Shown: positions 46,585-57,128 of the stretch, one piece after another
How positions within the stretch are numbered: position 1 is the first letter of the stretch
Layout of the letters: every line of letters starts with the position of its first letter
DNA from: Chitinophagales bacterium
Lineage (GTDB): Bacteria > Bacteroidota > Bacteroidia > Chitinophagales > CAIOSU01
Direction of reading: 5' to 3'
Assembly: GCA_033762815.1 (NCBI GenBank)
Contig: JANRLF010000002.1
Location: 49,792 to 113,791, forward strand
DNA length: 64,000 bases
Translations under genes and position numbers: made by a program
Notes under the pieces: model-generated
The model's input: the letters and a program-made list of their open reading frames with translations, nothing else
What the model was told of the DNA's origin: nothing
Database searches by the model: none

Positions 46585-47775
46585 ATGAACATTCACGAGT
46601 ATCAAGGTAAAACTATCCTAAGTTCATTTGGTGTGAAGGTGCAAAGAGGCATAGTGGCTGCTACACCCGATGAAGCAGTAACTGCGGCAACGCAATTAAG
46701 TGAGCAAACAGGCACCAAATGGTGGGTGGTAAAGGCTCAGGTGCATGCTGGTGGCCGTGGAAAAGGTGGTGGTATTAAATTGGCCAAAAACTTGGATGAA
46801 GTAAAGGAAAAAGCCAATGCTATTATCGGGATGAACTTGGTAACCCCACAAACTGGTGCGGAAGGTAAAAAAGTGCATCAAGTATTAATTGCTGAAGATG
46901 TTTACTATCCTGGCCCAAGTGAAACCAAGGAGTATTACATGAGCGTGTTGATGGACAGGACTACTGGACGCAATGTAATCATGTACTCTACTGAAGGGGG
47001 CATGGACATAGAAGAAGTGGCACATAGTACCCCACATTTGATTTTTAAAGAGTTTGTTGACCCCAAAGTTGGCCTTATGCCCTTCCAAGCTCGGAAAGTG
47101 GCGTTTACCTTAGGCGTACCTGAAGAGGCCATGAAGGACATGACCACTTTTATCACCAAACTGTACAATGCCTTTGTTGCTACGGACTCTTCCATGTTCG
47201 AAATCAATCCGGTATTGAAAACATCGGACAACCAAATTATTGCCGTAGATGCAAAAGTAAACTTGGACGATAATGCCTTGTATCGCCATGCTGACTATGC
47301 TGCTATGCGCGATACCAGGGAAGAGGATCCTACCGAAGTAGAAGCAGGCAAATTCAACCTCAACTATGTGAAGTTGGATGGCAATGTGGGCTGTATGGTG
47401 AATGGAGCAGGATTAGCGATGGCTACCATGGATATCATTAAGCTGTCAGGTGGAGCACCAGCCAACTTCTTAGATGTGGGCGGTACTGCCAATGCTACAA
47501 CTGTTGAAGCCGGTTTTAGGATTATTTTGCAAGACCCCAATGTTAAAGCCATTTTGATTAATATCTTCGGTGGCATTGTGCGTTGTGATAGGGTTGCCCA
47601 AGGCGTAATAGATGCCTATAAGAATATTGGCGATATCAAAGTGCCTATCATTGTCCGCTTGCAAGGGACCAATGCCGAGCTGGCCAAACAGATGTTGGAT
47701 GAATCTGGCCTTCAAGTTCGTTCAGCCATTTTGTTAAAAGAAGCTGCTGAAAGGGTTCAGGAAGTGTTTAACTGA
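46585..47775 (+). CDS. sucC: succinate--CoA ligase (ADP-forming) subunit beta
   Basis: MNIHEYQGK..., ATP-grasp domain and GCMVNGAGLAMATMD. Length is canonical. Confidence 0.95.
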   Translation: MNIHEYQGKTILSSFGVKVQRGIVAATPDEAVTAATQLSEQTGTKWWVVKAQVHAGGRGKGGGIKLAKNLDEVKEKANAIIGMNLVTPQTGAEGKKVHQVLIAEDVYYPGPSETKEYYMSVLMDRTTGRNVIMYSTEGGMDIEEVAHSTPHLIFKEFVDPKVGLMPFQARKVAFTLGVPEEAMKDMTTFITKLYNAFVATDSSMFEINPVLKTSDNQIIAVDAKVNLDDNALYRHADYAAMRDTREEDPTEVEAGKFNLNYVKLDGNVGCMVNGAGLAMATMDIIKLSGGAPANFLDVGGTANATTVEAGFRIILQDPNVKAILINIFGGIVRCDRVAQGVIDAYKNIGDIKVPIIVRLQGTNAELAKQMLDESGLQVRSAILLKEAAERVQEVFN

Positions 47776-47795
47776 TATTTGCCTTAAGCGATAAT

Positions 47796-47829
47796 AAAAA
47801 AAAACCGGCCCAAGCGCCGGTTTTTTTTT
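47796..47829. terminator. bidirectional rho-independent terminator between convergent genes
   Basis: A9 run, CCGGC-loop-GCCGG stem, then a T9 run. It can serve both sucC (+) and the 47848..48102 gene (-). Confidence 0.75.
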
Positions 47830-47847
47830 ATGGAATTTTTTCTGGAG

Positions 47848-48102
47848 TTATTTCAAATAGGCACTCATAATGGCAAAGATAATGCCTGACAATACGCCAA
47901 TAGTACCCACCCAAAAAATGAACATCCATTTGATGATGTCAGCTTTGGTTTGAGCTAAGTCCTCTTTGGTGGCAAGGTACTGTTTAGCCTCGTCAAATTT
48001 CTTGTCGACCCTGTTTTCTAAAATATTGATGAAGGCCTCAGCTTCTTTTTCACCGAGCTTGGCCTTTAGCATCTCATACAGTTTTATCTCCGATACTACC
48101 AT
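47848..48102 (-). CDS. small C-terminally membrane-anchored coiled-coil protein (DUF1640-like)
   Basis: 84 aa with a charged helical N-terminal part and a C-terminal TM helix, WMFIFWVGTIGVLSGIIFAIMSAYL. Confidence 0.55.
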   Translation of the reverse strand: MVVSEIKLYEMLKAKLGEKEAEAFINILENRVDKKFDEAKQYLATKEDLAQTKADIIKWMFIFWVGTIGVLSGIIFAIMSAYLK

Positions 48103-48168
48103 TTTTCAAATATAACCCATTATTCACTTTAACACAATGGATGGGAAATAAGGTTCAAAAGTTAATTA

Positions 48169-49035
48169 TCAAAACTTATACCCACTAAATTCGGTCGTGA
48201 ACTCATTTTCTGCGAAACTAGGATTCACCACTACGTTGTGGAATTCATAACGCTCGAATTGGCCAATATCATCAAACATAGTTTGAACTATAGGCATATA
48301 GGTTTGCTTATCGATAAGCAAAGTAGTTTTCTTGGCATAAGAAGTGGGAATTTTAATCTTCATACCCTCTTTTAGAGAAAAGACATCAGGTACCACGTCC
48401 TTATTTTTTTCTACTATCAAATAACCACAAATGTGATTCTTCTGTTCAAGGCTAGCAATAGATTCACCTGCTTTCACAACGTAATCGACATACTTGAAAG
48501 TAGGGTCAGTAATGGTTACTTTATAGCAAGTACGATTTTGCCAAACAAACTCCCCTTCGTACTTAAACAAGGTTTCAAACTGGCCAGGTGCTTCGGTATC
48601 TGCTTTTTTTACAGCACGTGAAATAATTTGGCCTAAAAAGCTAAATCCAGAATTAAGTATGGTATGATGTTGATCTTTACGCATTTGCTTGCCATAAGGA
48701 TCCAAAGTAACATTTGGTAACATTTTGCCAGGATTGACCTTCGCTTTTTTGCCCCATATCGCTTCGTTATACAATATCTCTACACCTTTATTGGGTTCAG
48801 CTTTGCTTAGCAGATACAATTTCAAAGGACTAACGCTAAGTTTACAATCAACATCATTGAATACATCTTTACCATTCATGCGCTCCCAACTCTTTAGAGT
48901 AAACTTGAGGGTTTTGGCGGCACTTATGCGGCTCACCATGGTATTCATAATGTCGCGGGAAGTAATTGCGGTGCTATCAGCAAAGGTAATGTAGGCACCC
49001 AATAGCAAAAATGCCAGTAGTAGTATTCTTTTCAT
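48169..49035 (-). CDS. secreted hypothetical protein with a LysM-like segment
   Basis: Signal peptide from the ATG at 49035 (MKRILLLAFLLLGAYITFA). YVVKAGESIASL...LKEGMKIKIP fits the LysM pattern. Confidence 0.55.
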   Translation of the reverse strand: MKRILLLAFLLLGAYITFADSTAITSRDIMNTMVSRISAAKTLKFTLKSWERMNGKDVFNDVDCKLSVSPLKLYLLSKAEPNKGVEILYNEAIWGKKAKVNPGKMLPNVTLDPYGKQMRKDQHHTILNSGFSFLGQIISRAVKKADTEAPGQFETLFKYEGEFVWQNRTCYKVTITDPTFKYVDYVVKAGESIASLEQKNHICGYLIVEKNKDVVPDVFSLKEGMKIKIPTSYAKKTTLLIDKQTYMPIVQTMFDDIGQFERYEFHNVVVNPSFAENEFTTEFSGYKF

Positions 49036-49096
49036 AATTAAAACAACAGGTTTGGAAATTTTGCACAAATATCGGCAAAATATATGCCCTTACCTA

Positions 49097-49588
49097 TTAT
49101 TTGTAAGGTATGCCTACTTTTTTATAGATGAAATGTAGCAGCCATGCTGGGCCAATAAGCAGAAACTGTAGGTCTTTGAAGAAGGAAGGTTTTTTTCCTT
49201 CAATATTGTGACCGATGAATTGAAAGATCCAAGCGCCCACAAAAATGGCCAAACTCACTAAAAAATGATACAGTCCATTATGATCAAGTGCCGTGTTAAT
49301 GGCGTAATTGCCCATAATTATAAGGGCTGCTATAATGATGAAACCAAAAAACAAAGGCACCGACAACCTAATGTAAAACAATAGGGCCAACACCATCAAA
49401 ATACTGCCCACATTCAACACAGGCCCTATCACTGGCACGCTAGCAAAAGCTTCGGGTACAGGTATGCTCCACAATGCACCTACTAGGCTGAACATGATTA
49501 GGGGGATACAAATCCAGTGAATGGCTTTATTGGTCTTGTTGGTATGGCTCTCACCATATTCATTCAACCATTGGTCTATTGTTTTCAT
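49097..49588 (-). CDS. DUF962 (Mpo1-like) membrane protein
   Basis: MKTIDQWLNEYGESHTNKTNKAIHWICIPLIMFSL is the typical DUF962 N-terminus. I use the ATG at 49588; the ORF-track start is a TTG. Confidence 0.72.
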   Translation of the reverse strand: MKTIDQWLNEYGESHTNKTNKAIHWICIPLIMFSLVGALWSIPVPEAFASVPVIGPVLNVGSILMVLALLFYIRLSVPLFFGFIIIAALIIMGNYAINTALDHNGLYHFLVSLAIFVGAWIFQFIGHNIEGKKPSFFKDLQFLLIGPAWLLHFIYKKVGIPYK

Positions 49589-49733
49589 GTCTATTTGATT
49601 TACAGGGTGTTCATACAAATTTAACAATTGAATTGATTCGACAAAAGTTTACATAAAAACCAAAAGAACAAAGGAAGATGATTTTAATCAGCTAAATTAT
49701 TTGGTTTTACTAATAAAATTAGTAAATTGTGGT

Positions 49734-50804
49734 ATGGCAACGCTAAACGATGAATACAAACATGGCAGGGGGGCGCAGTACAATCCTTCAAATAAATTTT
49801 TGAAAAATTCCTTTGTAAAGGAGCATTGGGATGGTATTGATGAGGAAGAAATATTTAGGAACAAGCAAACAAAGTTTATTTATGAAAAGCCGAAAACTTT
49901 GGTGAACAAAGTTGACAGCCCTGACGTGGGCCCGGCATATTCCATGAATCCGTACCAAGGCTGCGAGCACGGCTGCATTTATTGCTATGCACGCAATACC
50001 CATGAGTATTATGGCTATAGTGCGGGGCTTGATTTTGAAAGCAGGATTATCGTAAAAGAAAATGCCCCGGTACTGCTGGAGCAATTTTTAAGAAAAAAGA
50101 ATTACCAGCCAGAGCCAATAATGTTGTCGGGCAATACGGATTGTTACCAACCAATAGAACGTAAGATGGGCATTACCAGAAAGCTGCTGGAGGTGTTGCT
50201 GGAGTTTAAGCACCCGGTAGGCATTATTACTAAGAACTACAATGTGGTAAGGGATATCGATTTGTTGCAGGAACTGACAAAGCTGGGCTTGGTGGTAGTG
50301 AATATCTCCATCACTTCACTGAACAATGAATTGCACAATAAAATGGAGCCACGCACCGCTGCCCCCGCCAAACGCTTGAAAGCCGTAAAGGCACTTGCAG
50401 ATGCCGGCATACCAGTAAGGATTATGAATGCCCCCATCATACCGGGGTTAAATGACAAGGAGATTCCGGAGGTGTTGAAACGGAGTTCGGAAAATGGGGC
50501 TCTAGGTGCTGGATATACCATGGTAAGGCTGAATGGCGCCATTGGACCCATTTTTCATGATTGGATACATAAGGCCTATCCTTTAAAGGCAGATAAAGTA
50601 TTGAATACCATTGGCTATACCCACAATGGTAAGTTGAACGATAGCCGATTCGGGGTGCGCATGCGCGGTGAGGGCAACCATGCGGAAATGGTGGCTCAAC
50701 TCTTTCAAATAGCCCGAGATAAGTATTTTAAGGATAAGGTAGTGCCAACCTTAAGGGCGGACCTATTCAAACCGCCACCCATAGGACAGTTGGAATTATT
50801 TTGA
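49734..50804 (+). CDS. radical SAM protein (PA0069-family-like)
   Basis: CEHGCIYCYARN CxxxCxxC cluster motif. ATG at 49734. Confidence 0.82.
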   Translation: MATLNDEYKHGRGAQYNPSNKFLKNSFVKEHWDGIDEEEIFRNKQTKFIYEKPKTLVNKVDSPDVGPAYSMNPYQGCEHGCIYCYARNTHEYYGYSAGLDFESRIIVKENAPVLLEQFLRKKNYQPEPIMLSGNTDCYQPIERKMGITRKLLEVLLEFKHPVGIITKNYNVVRDIDLLQELTKLGLVVVNISITSLNNELHNKMEPRTAAPAKRLKAVKALADAGIPVRIMNAPIIPGLNDKEIPEVLKRSSENGALGAGYTMVRLNGAIGPIFHDWIHKAYPLKADKVLNTIGYTHNGKLNDSRFGVRMRGEGNHAEMVAQLFQIARDKYFKDKVVPTLRADLFKPPPIGQLELF

Positions 50805-50826
50805 TAACTACTGACTTTGCCAATAC

Positions 50827-52311
50827 TCAAATTGCGCGGCGCTTTTTCCATTTGCTTCCGCTGCTTTTGGTATCAACCGTATTGACCTGTGCCTTCACCT
50901 TACTTTTAACCAAGGTAGTAGCAAACAATGCAGCTATGAGGGCTTCATCTTCGTTTGCGGTATTCAACAATGAGGGTTGGAAATATTGCTCGACGAATTT
51001 GGTACTGAAGTTGCCACTGGTAAAGGCTGTATGCCCCATCACAAAGCGTCCAAAAGAGAGGGTGTTTTTGATACCGACAATGTCATATTCATCTATTGCC
51101 CTTTTCATGCGTTCTATCGCTTGTGTTCTGTCCGCGGCATGCACCGCTAGCTTAGCAATCATAGGGTCATAATAAATGGGGATGTCCATGCCCTGTTCAA
51201 AGCCATCATCCACCCTTATGCCAGGTCCATTGGGGCGGCGATAAGTGGTCAAGCGGCCAATGTCAGGCAGAAAGTTATTGGCTGGGTCTTCAGCATACAC
51301 CCGCAATTCAATGGCGTGCCCATTTATTTTTAGGTCTTCCTGGCTGAACGAGAGTTGCTCCCCACGGGCTACTTTGATTTGCTCCTTCACTAAATCGATG
51401 CCCGTAATCAATTCCGTGACTGGATGCTCCACCTGCAAGCGGGTGTTCATTTCCAGAAAATAGTAATTCAGGTTCTCGTCCACCAAGAACTCTACTGTGC
51501 CGGCACCGCTATAGTTGCAGGCCTTGGCCACCATCACGGCACTTTGACCCATTTTCTCCCTTATCTCCGGTGTAAGCACGGAGGAGGGGGCTTCTTCCAC
51601 CACTTTTTGGTGCCTTCGTTGAATGGAGCATTCCCTTTCAAAGAGGTGCACAACGTTGCCATGATTGTCAGCCAACACCTGTATTTCAATATGGCGTGGG
51701 GAGGTCACATATTTCTCGATAAATACCGCTCCATCGCCAAAAGCCGCCAAAGCTTCGCTGGCGGCGCGGTTCATTTGCTCTTCAAACTCTTCTTCGTTTT
51801 GTACGATGCGCATGCCCTTTCCCCCACCACCAGCCGCGGCTTTTAGTAATACCGGAAAACCGACTTCCGCAGCCCTTGCCTTAGCCTGTGCCACGTCGCT
51901 GATGGCTGTTTCCGTACCTGGCACCATCGGGATATGATATTGAAGGGCAGCATTTTTAGCTGATAGTTTATTGCCCATCAATTCAATGGAATAGGAGGAG
52001 GGACCAATAAAAATAAGCCCGGCCTTTTCCACACTAGCTGCAAAAGCGGCATTTTCTGAAAGGAATCCGTAGCCTGGATGAATGGCATCAGCACCTGTAC
52101 GCTTGGCTGCTTCAATAATTTTATCGCCCAATAGATACGATTGGTTGCTGGGGGGCGGGCCTAACAATACCGCTTCATCAGCATACAGCACATGTGGGGC
52201 CTTTCTGTCTGCTTCGGAATATACCGCTACGCATTGAATGCCCATTTCCTTTGCCGAGCGCATAATACGTAGGGCGATTTCACCACGATTGGCTACCAAT
52301 ATTTTTTTCAT
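50827..52311 (-). CDS. accC: biotin carboxylase (acetyl-CoA carboxylase subunit-type)
   Basis: MKKILVANRGEIALRI, ATP-grasp GGGGKGMR and EMNTRLQVEHPVTE. It has a C-terminal ~50-aa extension beyond the usual ~450 aa. Confidence 0.92.
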   Translation of the reverse strand: MKKILVANRGEIALRIMRSAKEMGIQCVAVYSEADRKAPHVLYADEAVLLGPPPSNQSYLLGDKIIEAAKRTGADAIHPGYGFLSENAAFAASVEKAGLIFIGPSSYSIELMGNKLSAKNAALQYHIPMVPGTETAISDVAQAKARAAEVGFPVLLKAAAGGGGKGMRIVQNEEEFEEQMNRAASEALAAFGDGAVFIEKYVTSPRHIEIQVLADNHGNVVHLFERECSIQRRHQKVVEEAPSSVLTPEIREKMGQSAVMVAKACNYSGAGTVEFLVDENLNYYFLEMNTRLQVEHPVTELITGIDLVKEQIKVARGEQLSFSQEDLKINGHAIELRVYAEDPANNFLPDIGRLTTYRRPNGPGIRVDDGFEQGMDIPIYYDPMIAKLAVHAADRTQAIERMKRAIDEYDIVGIKNTLSFGRFVMGHTAFTSGNFSTKFVEQYFQPSLLNTANEDEALIAALFATTLVKSKVKAQVNTVDTKSSGSKWKKRRAI

Positions 52312-52354
52312 GCCTAGCAATTTATTGGGCTAAAATAGTAATTAGGCACGGAAG

Positions 52355-53263
52355 TTAGCGCCAGCGGGCACATTTGATTCGGCCTGTGCTGCTGGTCAGT
52401 TTAAAACTGAGGGAAATTCCCATGGTCCAGTAACCATCTTTATCGCCTGGGTCGCCCCGTTGCTCGCCTGGTGCGGTTATGCGGCCGTAGTATTCTTCCC
52501 CTATCACTTCATCGGCGCGCATGGCAATAGCAGCTGTTAAATCATCTAAATCTTTCGGGTCAGCATACACGGTACTTACGTCGTCCAAATAATCAGTCCC
52601 GACAAATGTGTAGCCGAAGAAATACTGCAGATTCACATGATCCGTCAAATTAGCCTTGATACCCAAACGAACTGGAGCAGCCCAAACGGTCCGAGCATAT
52701 TTAGGGCTATAGCCCGGCCTGCCTTGTCCTTCGGTGCCCAATGGCTGCAAGGAATACCATTTGCCTTCATAGTTGGCTTTAGGATTGAAATATACTACCC
52801 CTACGCCCCCGGAAATGTAAGGCGTCCATCGATGCTTGTCTAGTTTAAAGGGCTGGTACTTTTTGGCATGAACATCAAAATGTGCAGCGGCTTCTACTAC
52901 GTCAGTCCTGAAACTTAAGTTGCGGATATAGCGATACCAGCCATTGCTTTTAGGCGTTTTGTCTTTTACGAACCTATCAGCCCCTTCCACGCGGTAATAG
53001 GTAACTGAGGCCTCAATAGCGGTAAAATAGGAGAAAGTATATCGGTAGTAAAGCCCAAAACCGGCATTGATGGAAGACAAGTCTATGATATACTGGTTGT
53101 TGATATCGCTCCTTTGTTGATTAAATACCAAAAGGGCGCCCGCTTCGTGAACAGGTGTGAATACCAGCCTATTGCTTTTGGCAAAACTATATTGGGCAAT
53201 AACATTGCTATTGATGCCCATCAACAACAATAATGTACAACATAGATACTTGAATGTATTCAC
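52355..53263 (-). CDS. outer-membrane beta-barrel protein (DUF6089-like)
   Basis: Signal peptide and an alternating aromatic beta-strand pattern. GTG start. Confidence 0.55.
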   Translation of the reverse strand: MNTFKYLCCTLLLLMGINSNVIAQYSFAKSNRLVFTPVHEAGALLVFNQQRSDINNQYIIDLSSINAGFGLYYRYTFSYFTAIEASVTYYRVEGADRFVKDKTPKSNGWYRYIRNLSFRTDVVEAAAHFDVHAKKYQPFKLDKHRWTPYISGGVGVVYFNPKANYEGKWYSLQPLGTEGQGRPGYSPKYARTVWAAPVRLGIKANLTDHVNLQYFFGYTFVGTDYLDDVSTVYADPKDLDDLTAAIAMRADEVIGEEYYGRITAPGEQRGDPGDKDGYWTMGISLSFKLTSSTGRIKCARWR

Positions 53264-53345
53264 CCTTGTGGTTTAATTTATAACTACCACGAAAACAAAA
53301 TTAGTGCCTTTAGCCGTCAAAATATAATTGAGGATAAATAATATG

Positions 53346-54554
53346 TTATAAGCCATCCATTGCCTGTTGTAGGTCGGCTATGATATCTTCCACATTTTCA
53401 AGCCCTACAGACAGACGAATTAAACCATCGGTTATACCATATTGCAACCTCTGCTCCAAAGGTACATTGCTATGGGTCATGGAAGCAGGGTGTTGAATAA
53501 GGGTATCCACCGTACCAATGGAGGCGGTGAGAATACAAAGTTTTACTTTATCCATCATTCGGATACCCGCCTGTAAGCCACCTTTCAATTCAAAACTCAT
53601 GGTGCTCACAAAGTGGCGCATTTGGCGTTTGGCTAGTTCATGGTCAGGGTGGGAGGGCAGGCTATTGTGATTAACCCTTGCCACTGCCGTATGTTTTTCC
53701 AAATAAGCAGCTACCTTATTGGCATTTTCACAATGCTTTTCCATTCTCAAAACCAATGTTTTAATGCCATTGTTTAAAAGAAAAGCATCAAATGGACTTG
53801 CGGTACCCCCCAACAGTTTTCGCATGCGCCAAACTTCCTTTTCCATGTGCTGGCGGTCAAGGCCTACTACCATACCCCCTAGGGCTGTACCGTGGCCGTT
53901 CAGAAATTTGGTGGTAGAGTGTAAGATATAATCGATACCAAATCGGAAAGGCTGTTGCAAGTAAGGAGTAGCAAAAGTATTGTCAATAGCGGTAATGATA
54001 TGATGCTGCTTGGCAAGAATGGCCAATGCTTCCAAGTCATAACATTCAAGGGTAGGATTGTTCGGGCTTTCCAAATACAACAGTTTGATATTTCCGTTGC
54101 TTTGCAACAAATCCGCTACTTTATTGAGGTCTTTTAAGTCGGCATAGATAATGGACACTCCCGTTCCTGCTATGACATTGTAAAGTAATTCCGTAGTGGT
54201 ACCGTACAGATTGCCTTGGGTAAGAATGGCATCCCCTGGTTTCAATTTTAAGGAGAGGATAAAACTGCTAATGGCAGCCATGCCTGAACTGAACAACAAG
54301 GCTTTGGGCTTTAAGTCGAGACCAAAGGCTTCGAGAGCGGCTACTTTTTCTTCGATAAGGGTATAAGAGGGATTATCCCAACGACTATAGATATAAGCCT
54401 GCTCTTTGCCTTGGAAAACATCCATTGCTTTCTCTGCACTTTCATATACAAAGGTGGAAGTGGCATATATGGGTGGCAAATGGGGCCTCACGCCACTTTC
54501 TAAGCCAAAATGGTCTTGTATGCACAGGGTTTCAAAGCCTTTGTTATGCGTCAT
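53346..54554 (-). CDS. Cys/Met-metabolism PLP-dependent enzyme (methionine gamma-lyase / O-acylhomoserine sulfhydrylase family)
   Basis: PLP-lysine motif HSTTKFLNGHG and N-terminal PPIY.TSTF. Exact activity is not assignable from sequence alone. Confidence 0.88.
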   Translation of the reverse strand: MTHNKGFETLCIQDHFGLESGVRPHLPPIYATSTFVYESAEKAMDVFQGKEQAYIYSRWDNPSYTLIEEKVAALEAFGLDLKPKALLFSSGMAAISSFILSLKLKPGDAILTQGNLYGTTTELLYNVIAGTGVSIIYADLKDLNKVADLLQSNGNIKLLYLESPNNPTLECYDLEALAILAKQHHIITAIDNTFATPYLQQPFRFGIDYILHSTTKFLNGHGTALGGMVVGLDRQHMEKEVWRMRKLLGGTASPFDAFLLNNGIKTLVLRMEKHCENANKVAAYLEKHTAVARVNHNSLPSHPDHELAKRQMRHFVSTMSFELKGGLQAGIRMMDKVKLCILTASIGTVDTLIQHPASMTHSNVPLEQRLQYGITDGLIRLSVGLENVEDIIADLQQAMDGL

Positions 54555-54636
54555 AAAGGGAAGGGTATTTTTTCGTGCAATTTACATTTTATCGAAGGCA
54601 TTTGAGCTTAATTCTTAAATTAGCAAAGCTGAAAAA

Positions 54637-54711
54637 GCGCTGTTAGCTCAGTTGGTTCAGAGCATTACCTTGACAGGGTAGGGGTCACTGGTTCGAATCC
54701 AGTACAGCGCA
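54637..54711 (+). tRNA. tRNA-Val (anticodon GAC)
   Basis: Hand-folded cloverleaf. Acceptor GCGCTGT/ACAGCGC, D arm GCTC/GAGC, anticodon arm TTACC-TTGACAG-GGTAG, T arm ACTGG-TTCGAAT-CCAGT, discriminator A. Confidence 0.9.
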
Positions 54712-54774
54712 CAACAACACTTTTGTTTCGAAGTCTTTTTTATAGGCTTTAAAGGTGCTCATACATAACGTACC

Positions 54775-55761
54775 ATGGGAAAGATAAGGCGCATAGGGGT
54801 TTTTACCTCAGGAGGAGATTCACCGGGCATGAATGCCGCCATTAGGGCCGTAGTACGTACGGGGCTGCATCATGGTTTGGAGGTGATGGGCATTATGCGG
54901 GGTTACCAGGGCATGATAGAGGACGATATTATCCCCCTGCCCACTTCGGCAGTAAGCAATATTGTGCAAAGGGGCGGAACGATATTGAAATCGGCCCGCA
55001 GCAAAGAGTTTATGACGGCTGAAGGACGGCAAAAGGCCTACAATAATCTACAAAAGAACAAAATAGATGCCGTCGTTGCCATTGGCGGCGATGGTACCTT
55101 CAAAGGGGCATTGGAGTTTACCAACCAATATCAGGACATACAGATGATTGGGCTGCCAGGCACTATAGATAACGACCTATATGGCACTGATTTCTGTATA
55201 GGCTATGATACCGCTATCAATACCGCTATGGAGGCTATTGATAAGATAAGGGACACCGCCGCCTCGCACGATAGATTGTTTTTTGTGGAGGTAATGGGCC
55301 GTGATGCGGGTTTCATAGCCTTGCGCAGTGGGCTTGGCGGAGGAGCAGAAGCGGTTTTGGTGCCTGAGTATGAAACGGATATTGATGCCTTGATTGCAAA
55401 ATTGGATAAAGGCAAGCATGGCAAAAAGACTTCCAGCATAGTGGTGGTTGCAGAAGGCGACGATGCGGGCGGAGCTTTCGAAATTGCCGCATTGGTAAAA
55501 CAGAAGCTAGATTATTACGATATCAAAATAACCGTATTGGGGCATGTGCAGCGTGGAGGAAACCCTACCTGTATGGACAGGGTTTTGGCCAGTCGTCTGG
55601 GTGCCGCTGCAGTAAAGGCGCTATTGGAAGGGCAGAATAGGGTAATGGCTGGCGTTATTCATAAAGACGTGGTATTCACTCCTTTCGAGAAGGCGGTAAA
55701 GCACCATGTGGAAATGAACATGGATTTATTGAACCTGGTAGATATACTTTCCCATTCATGA
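54775..55761 (+). CDS. pfkA: ATP-dependent 6-phosphofructokinase
   Basis: IGVFTSGGDSPGMNAAIR, GGDGT, PGTIDND and MGR motifs. Confidence 0.93.
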   Translation: MGKIRRIGVFTSGGDSPGMNAAIRAVVRTGLHHGLEVMGIMRGYQGMIEDDIIPLPTSAVSNIVQRGGTILKSARSKEFMTAEGRQKAYNNLQKNKIDAVVAIGGDGTFKGALEFTNQYQDIQMIGLPGTIDNDLYGTDFCIGYDTAINTAMEAIDKIRDTAASHDRLFFVEVMGRDAGFIALRSGLGGGAEAVLVPEYETDIDALIAKLDKGKHGKKTSSIVVVAEGDDAGGAFEIAALVKQKLDYYDIKITVLGHVQRGGNPTCMDRVLASRLGAAAVKALLEGQNRVMAGVIHKDVVFTPFEKAVKHHVEMNMDLLNLVDILSHS

Positions 55762-57092
55762 AAACTTACCTTATCAAAAATGCCCAAATCGTAAACGAAG
55801 GGAAAATACTTTATGGCGATGTGCTGCTTAAAGGGGGTAGAATAGAAAAAATAGAGGGGATTATTGACGATTTGGGAGAAGAAATTGATGCTACTGGCCA
55901 ATATCTTTTGCCGGGTGCCATTGATGACCAAGTCCATTTTCGGGAACCAGGCCTTACACATAAAGGAAATATCTATACCGAATCAAGGGCAGCAGTGGCT
56001 GGGGGCATTACTTCTTATATGGAAATGCCCAATACCCAACCACCGGCACTTTCCCAAGCACTTTTAGCGGATAAATATGCTATTGCAACAGAAAGCTCTT
56101 TAGCCAATTATTCGTTTTTTATGGGCACTTCCAACACCAACTATGAGGAAGTGATGAAAACCGATTTGGGCAATGTTTGCGGGTTGAAAATCTTTATGGG
56201 CTCCTCAACGGGCAATTTATTGGTTGATGATGATAATACCCTCAGAAAGATTTTCGCCAATTTTCCTGGCTTGATTGCTACCCATTGCGAAGATGAGCAA
56301 ACCATTAAGGATAACTTAGCAAAATATAGGAATGACTACGGTGCGGAAGAAATGCCCGCTAAAGTGCATCCCTTGATACGCAATAGCGAAGCTTGCTATA
56401 AATCATCGGCCTTTGCAGTGGGCATGGCAAAAGAATATGGCACCCGCTTGCATGTGTTGCATATATCTACCGCTATTGAAACGCAACTTTTCGATAACAC
56501 CCTTCCTTTAGAAAAAAAACACATCACTGCCGAAGCATGTATCCATCATCTCTGGTTTACGGACGAGGATTATGCTGAAAAAGGTTTTTTCATCAAATGG
56601 AATCCCGCCATTAAAACCGCCCACGATCGTACAGAAATATGGAACGCCTTGCTGGATGGTAGGATAGACGTGATTGCCACTGACCATGCCCCACATACTT
56701 ATGAGGAAAAACTCAAACCTTATGAGCAAGCCTCCTCTGGCGGGCCACTGGTGCAACATGCTTTGGTGGCCATGATGGAAAAACACCGTCAGGGAAGGAT
56801 TAGCCTAGAGCACATAGTGGAAAAAATGTGCCATAATCCTGCCATCCTTTTCCGCATACCTGAAAGGGGCTTTATCAGGGAAGGCTATAAGGCAGATTTG
56901 GTGCTGGTAAATCCCAACCAACCCTGGACGGTCAGTAATCAGAATATCCTATATAAATGCAAGTGGTCGCCTTTTGAAGGCCAGCAGTTCCATGCTGCTG
57001 TTACCCATACTTGGGTGAGCGGTCACTTGGCTTATCGCAACGGGGCTTTCGACGAAAGCCGCTGGGGCGAGCGGTTGAGGTTTAGAAACTAA
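55758..57092 (+). CDS. pyrC: dihydroorotase (amidohydrolase superfamily)
   Basis: DDQVHFREPG metal-binding HxH-type motif and ATDHAPH. 4-nt ATGA overlap with pfkA. Confidence 0.85.
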   Translation: MKTYLIKNAQIVNEGKILYGDVLLKGGRIEKIEGIIDDLGEEIDATGQYLLPGAIDDQVHFREPGLTHKGNIYTESRAAVAGGITSYMEMPNTQPPALSQALLADKYAIATESSLANYSFFMGTSNTNYEEVMKTDLGNVCGLKIFMGSSTGNLLVDDDNTLRKIFANFPGLIATHCEDEQTIKDNLAKYRNDYGAEEMPAKVHPLIRNSEACYKSSAFAVGMAKEYGTRLHVLHISTAIETQLFDNTLPLEKKHITAEACIHHLWFTDEDYAEKGFFIKWNPAIKTAHDRTEIWNALLDGRIDVIATDHAPHTYEEKLKPYEQASSGGPLVQHALVAMMEKHRQGRISLEHIVEKMCHNPAILFRIPERGFIREGYKADLVLVNPNQPWTVSNQNILYKCKWSPFEGQQFHAAVTHTWVSGHLAYRNGAFDESRWGERLRFRN

Positions 57093-57128
57093 TGCAATTC
57101 ACCTACCTTTACACTACAAACGAGAACT

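Noticed and set aside
54555-54636. Looked for a SAM or other riboswitch upstream of the Cys/Met PLP enzyme, and for a guanidine riboswitch upstream of the SMR gene at 34177
   Set aside because: The PLP gene leader is only ~80 nt with no conserved riboswitch core visible. The SMR gene has no upstream non-coding sequence at all.
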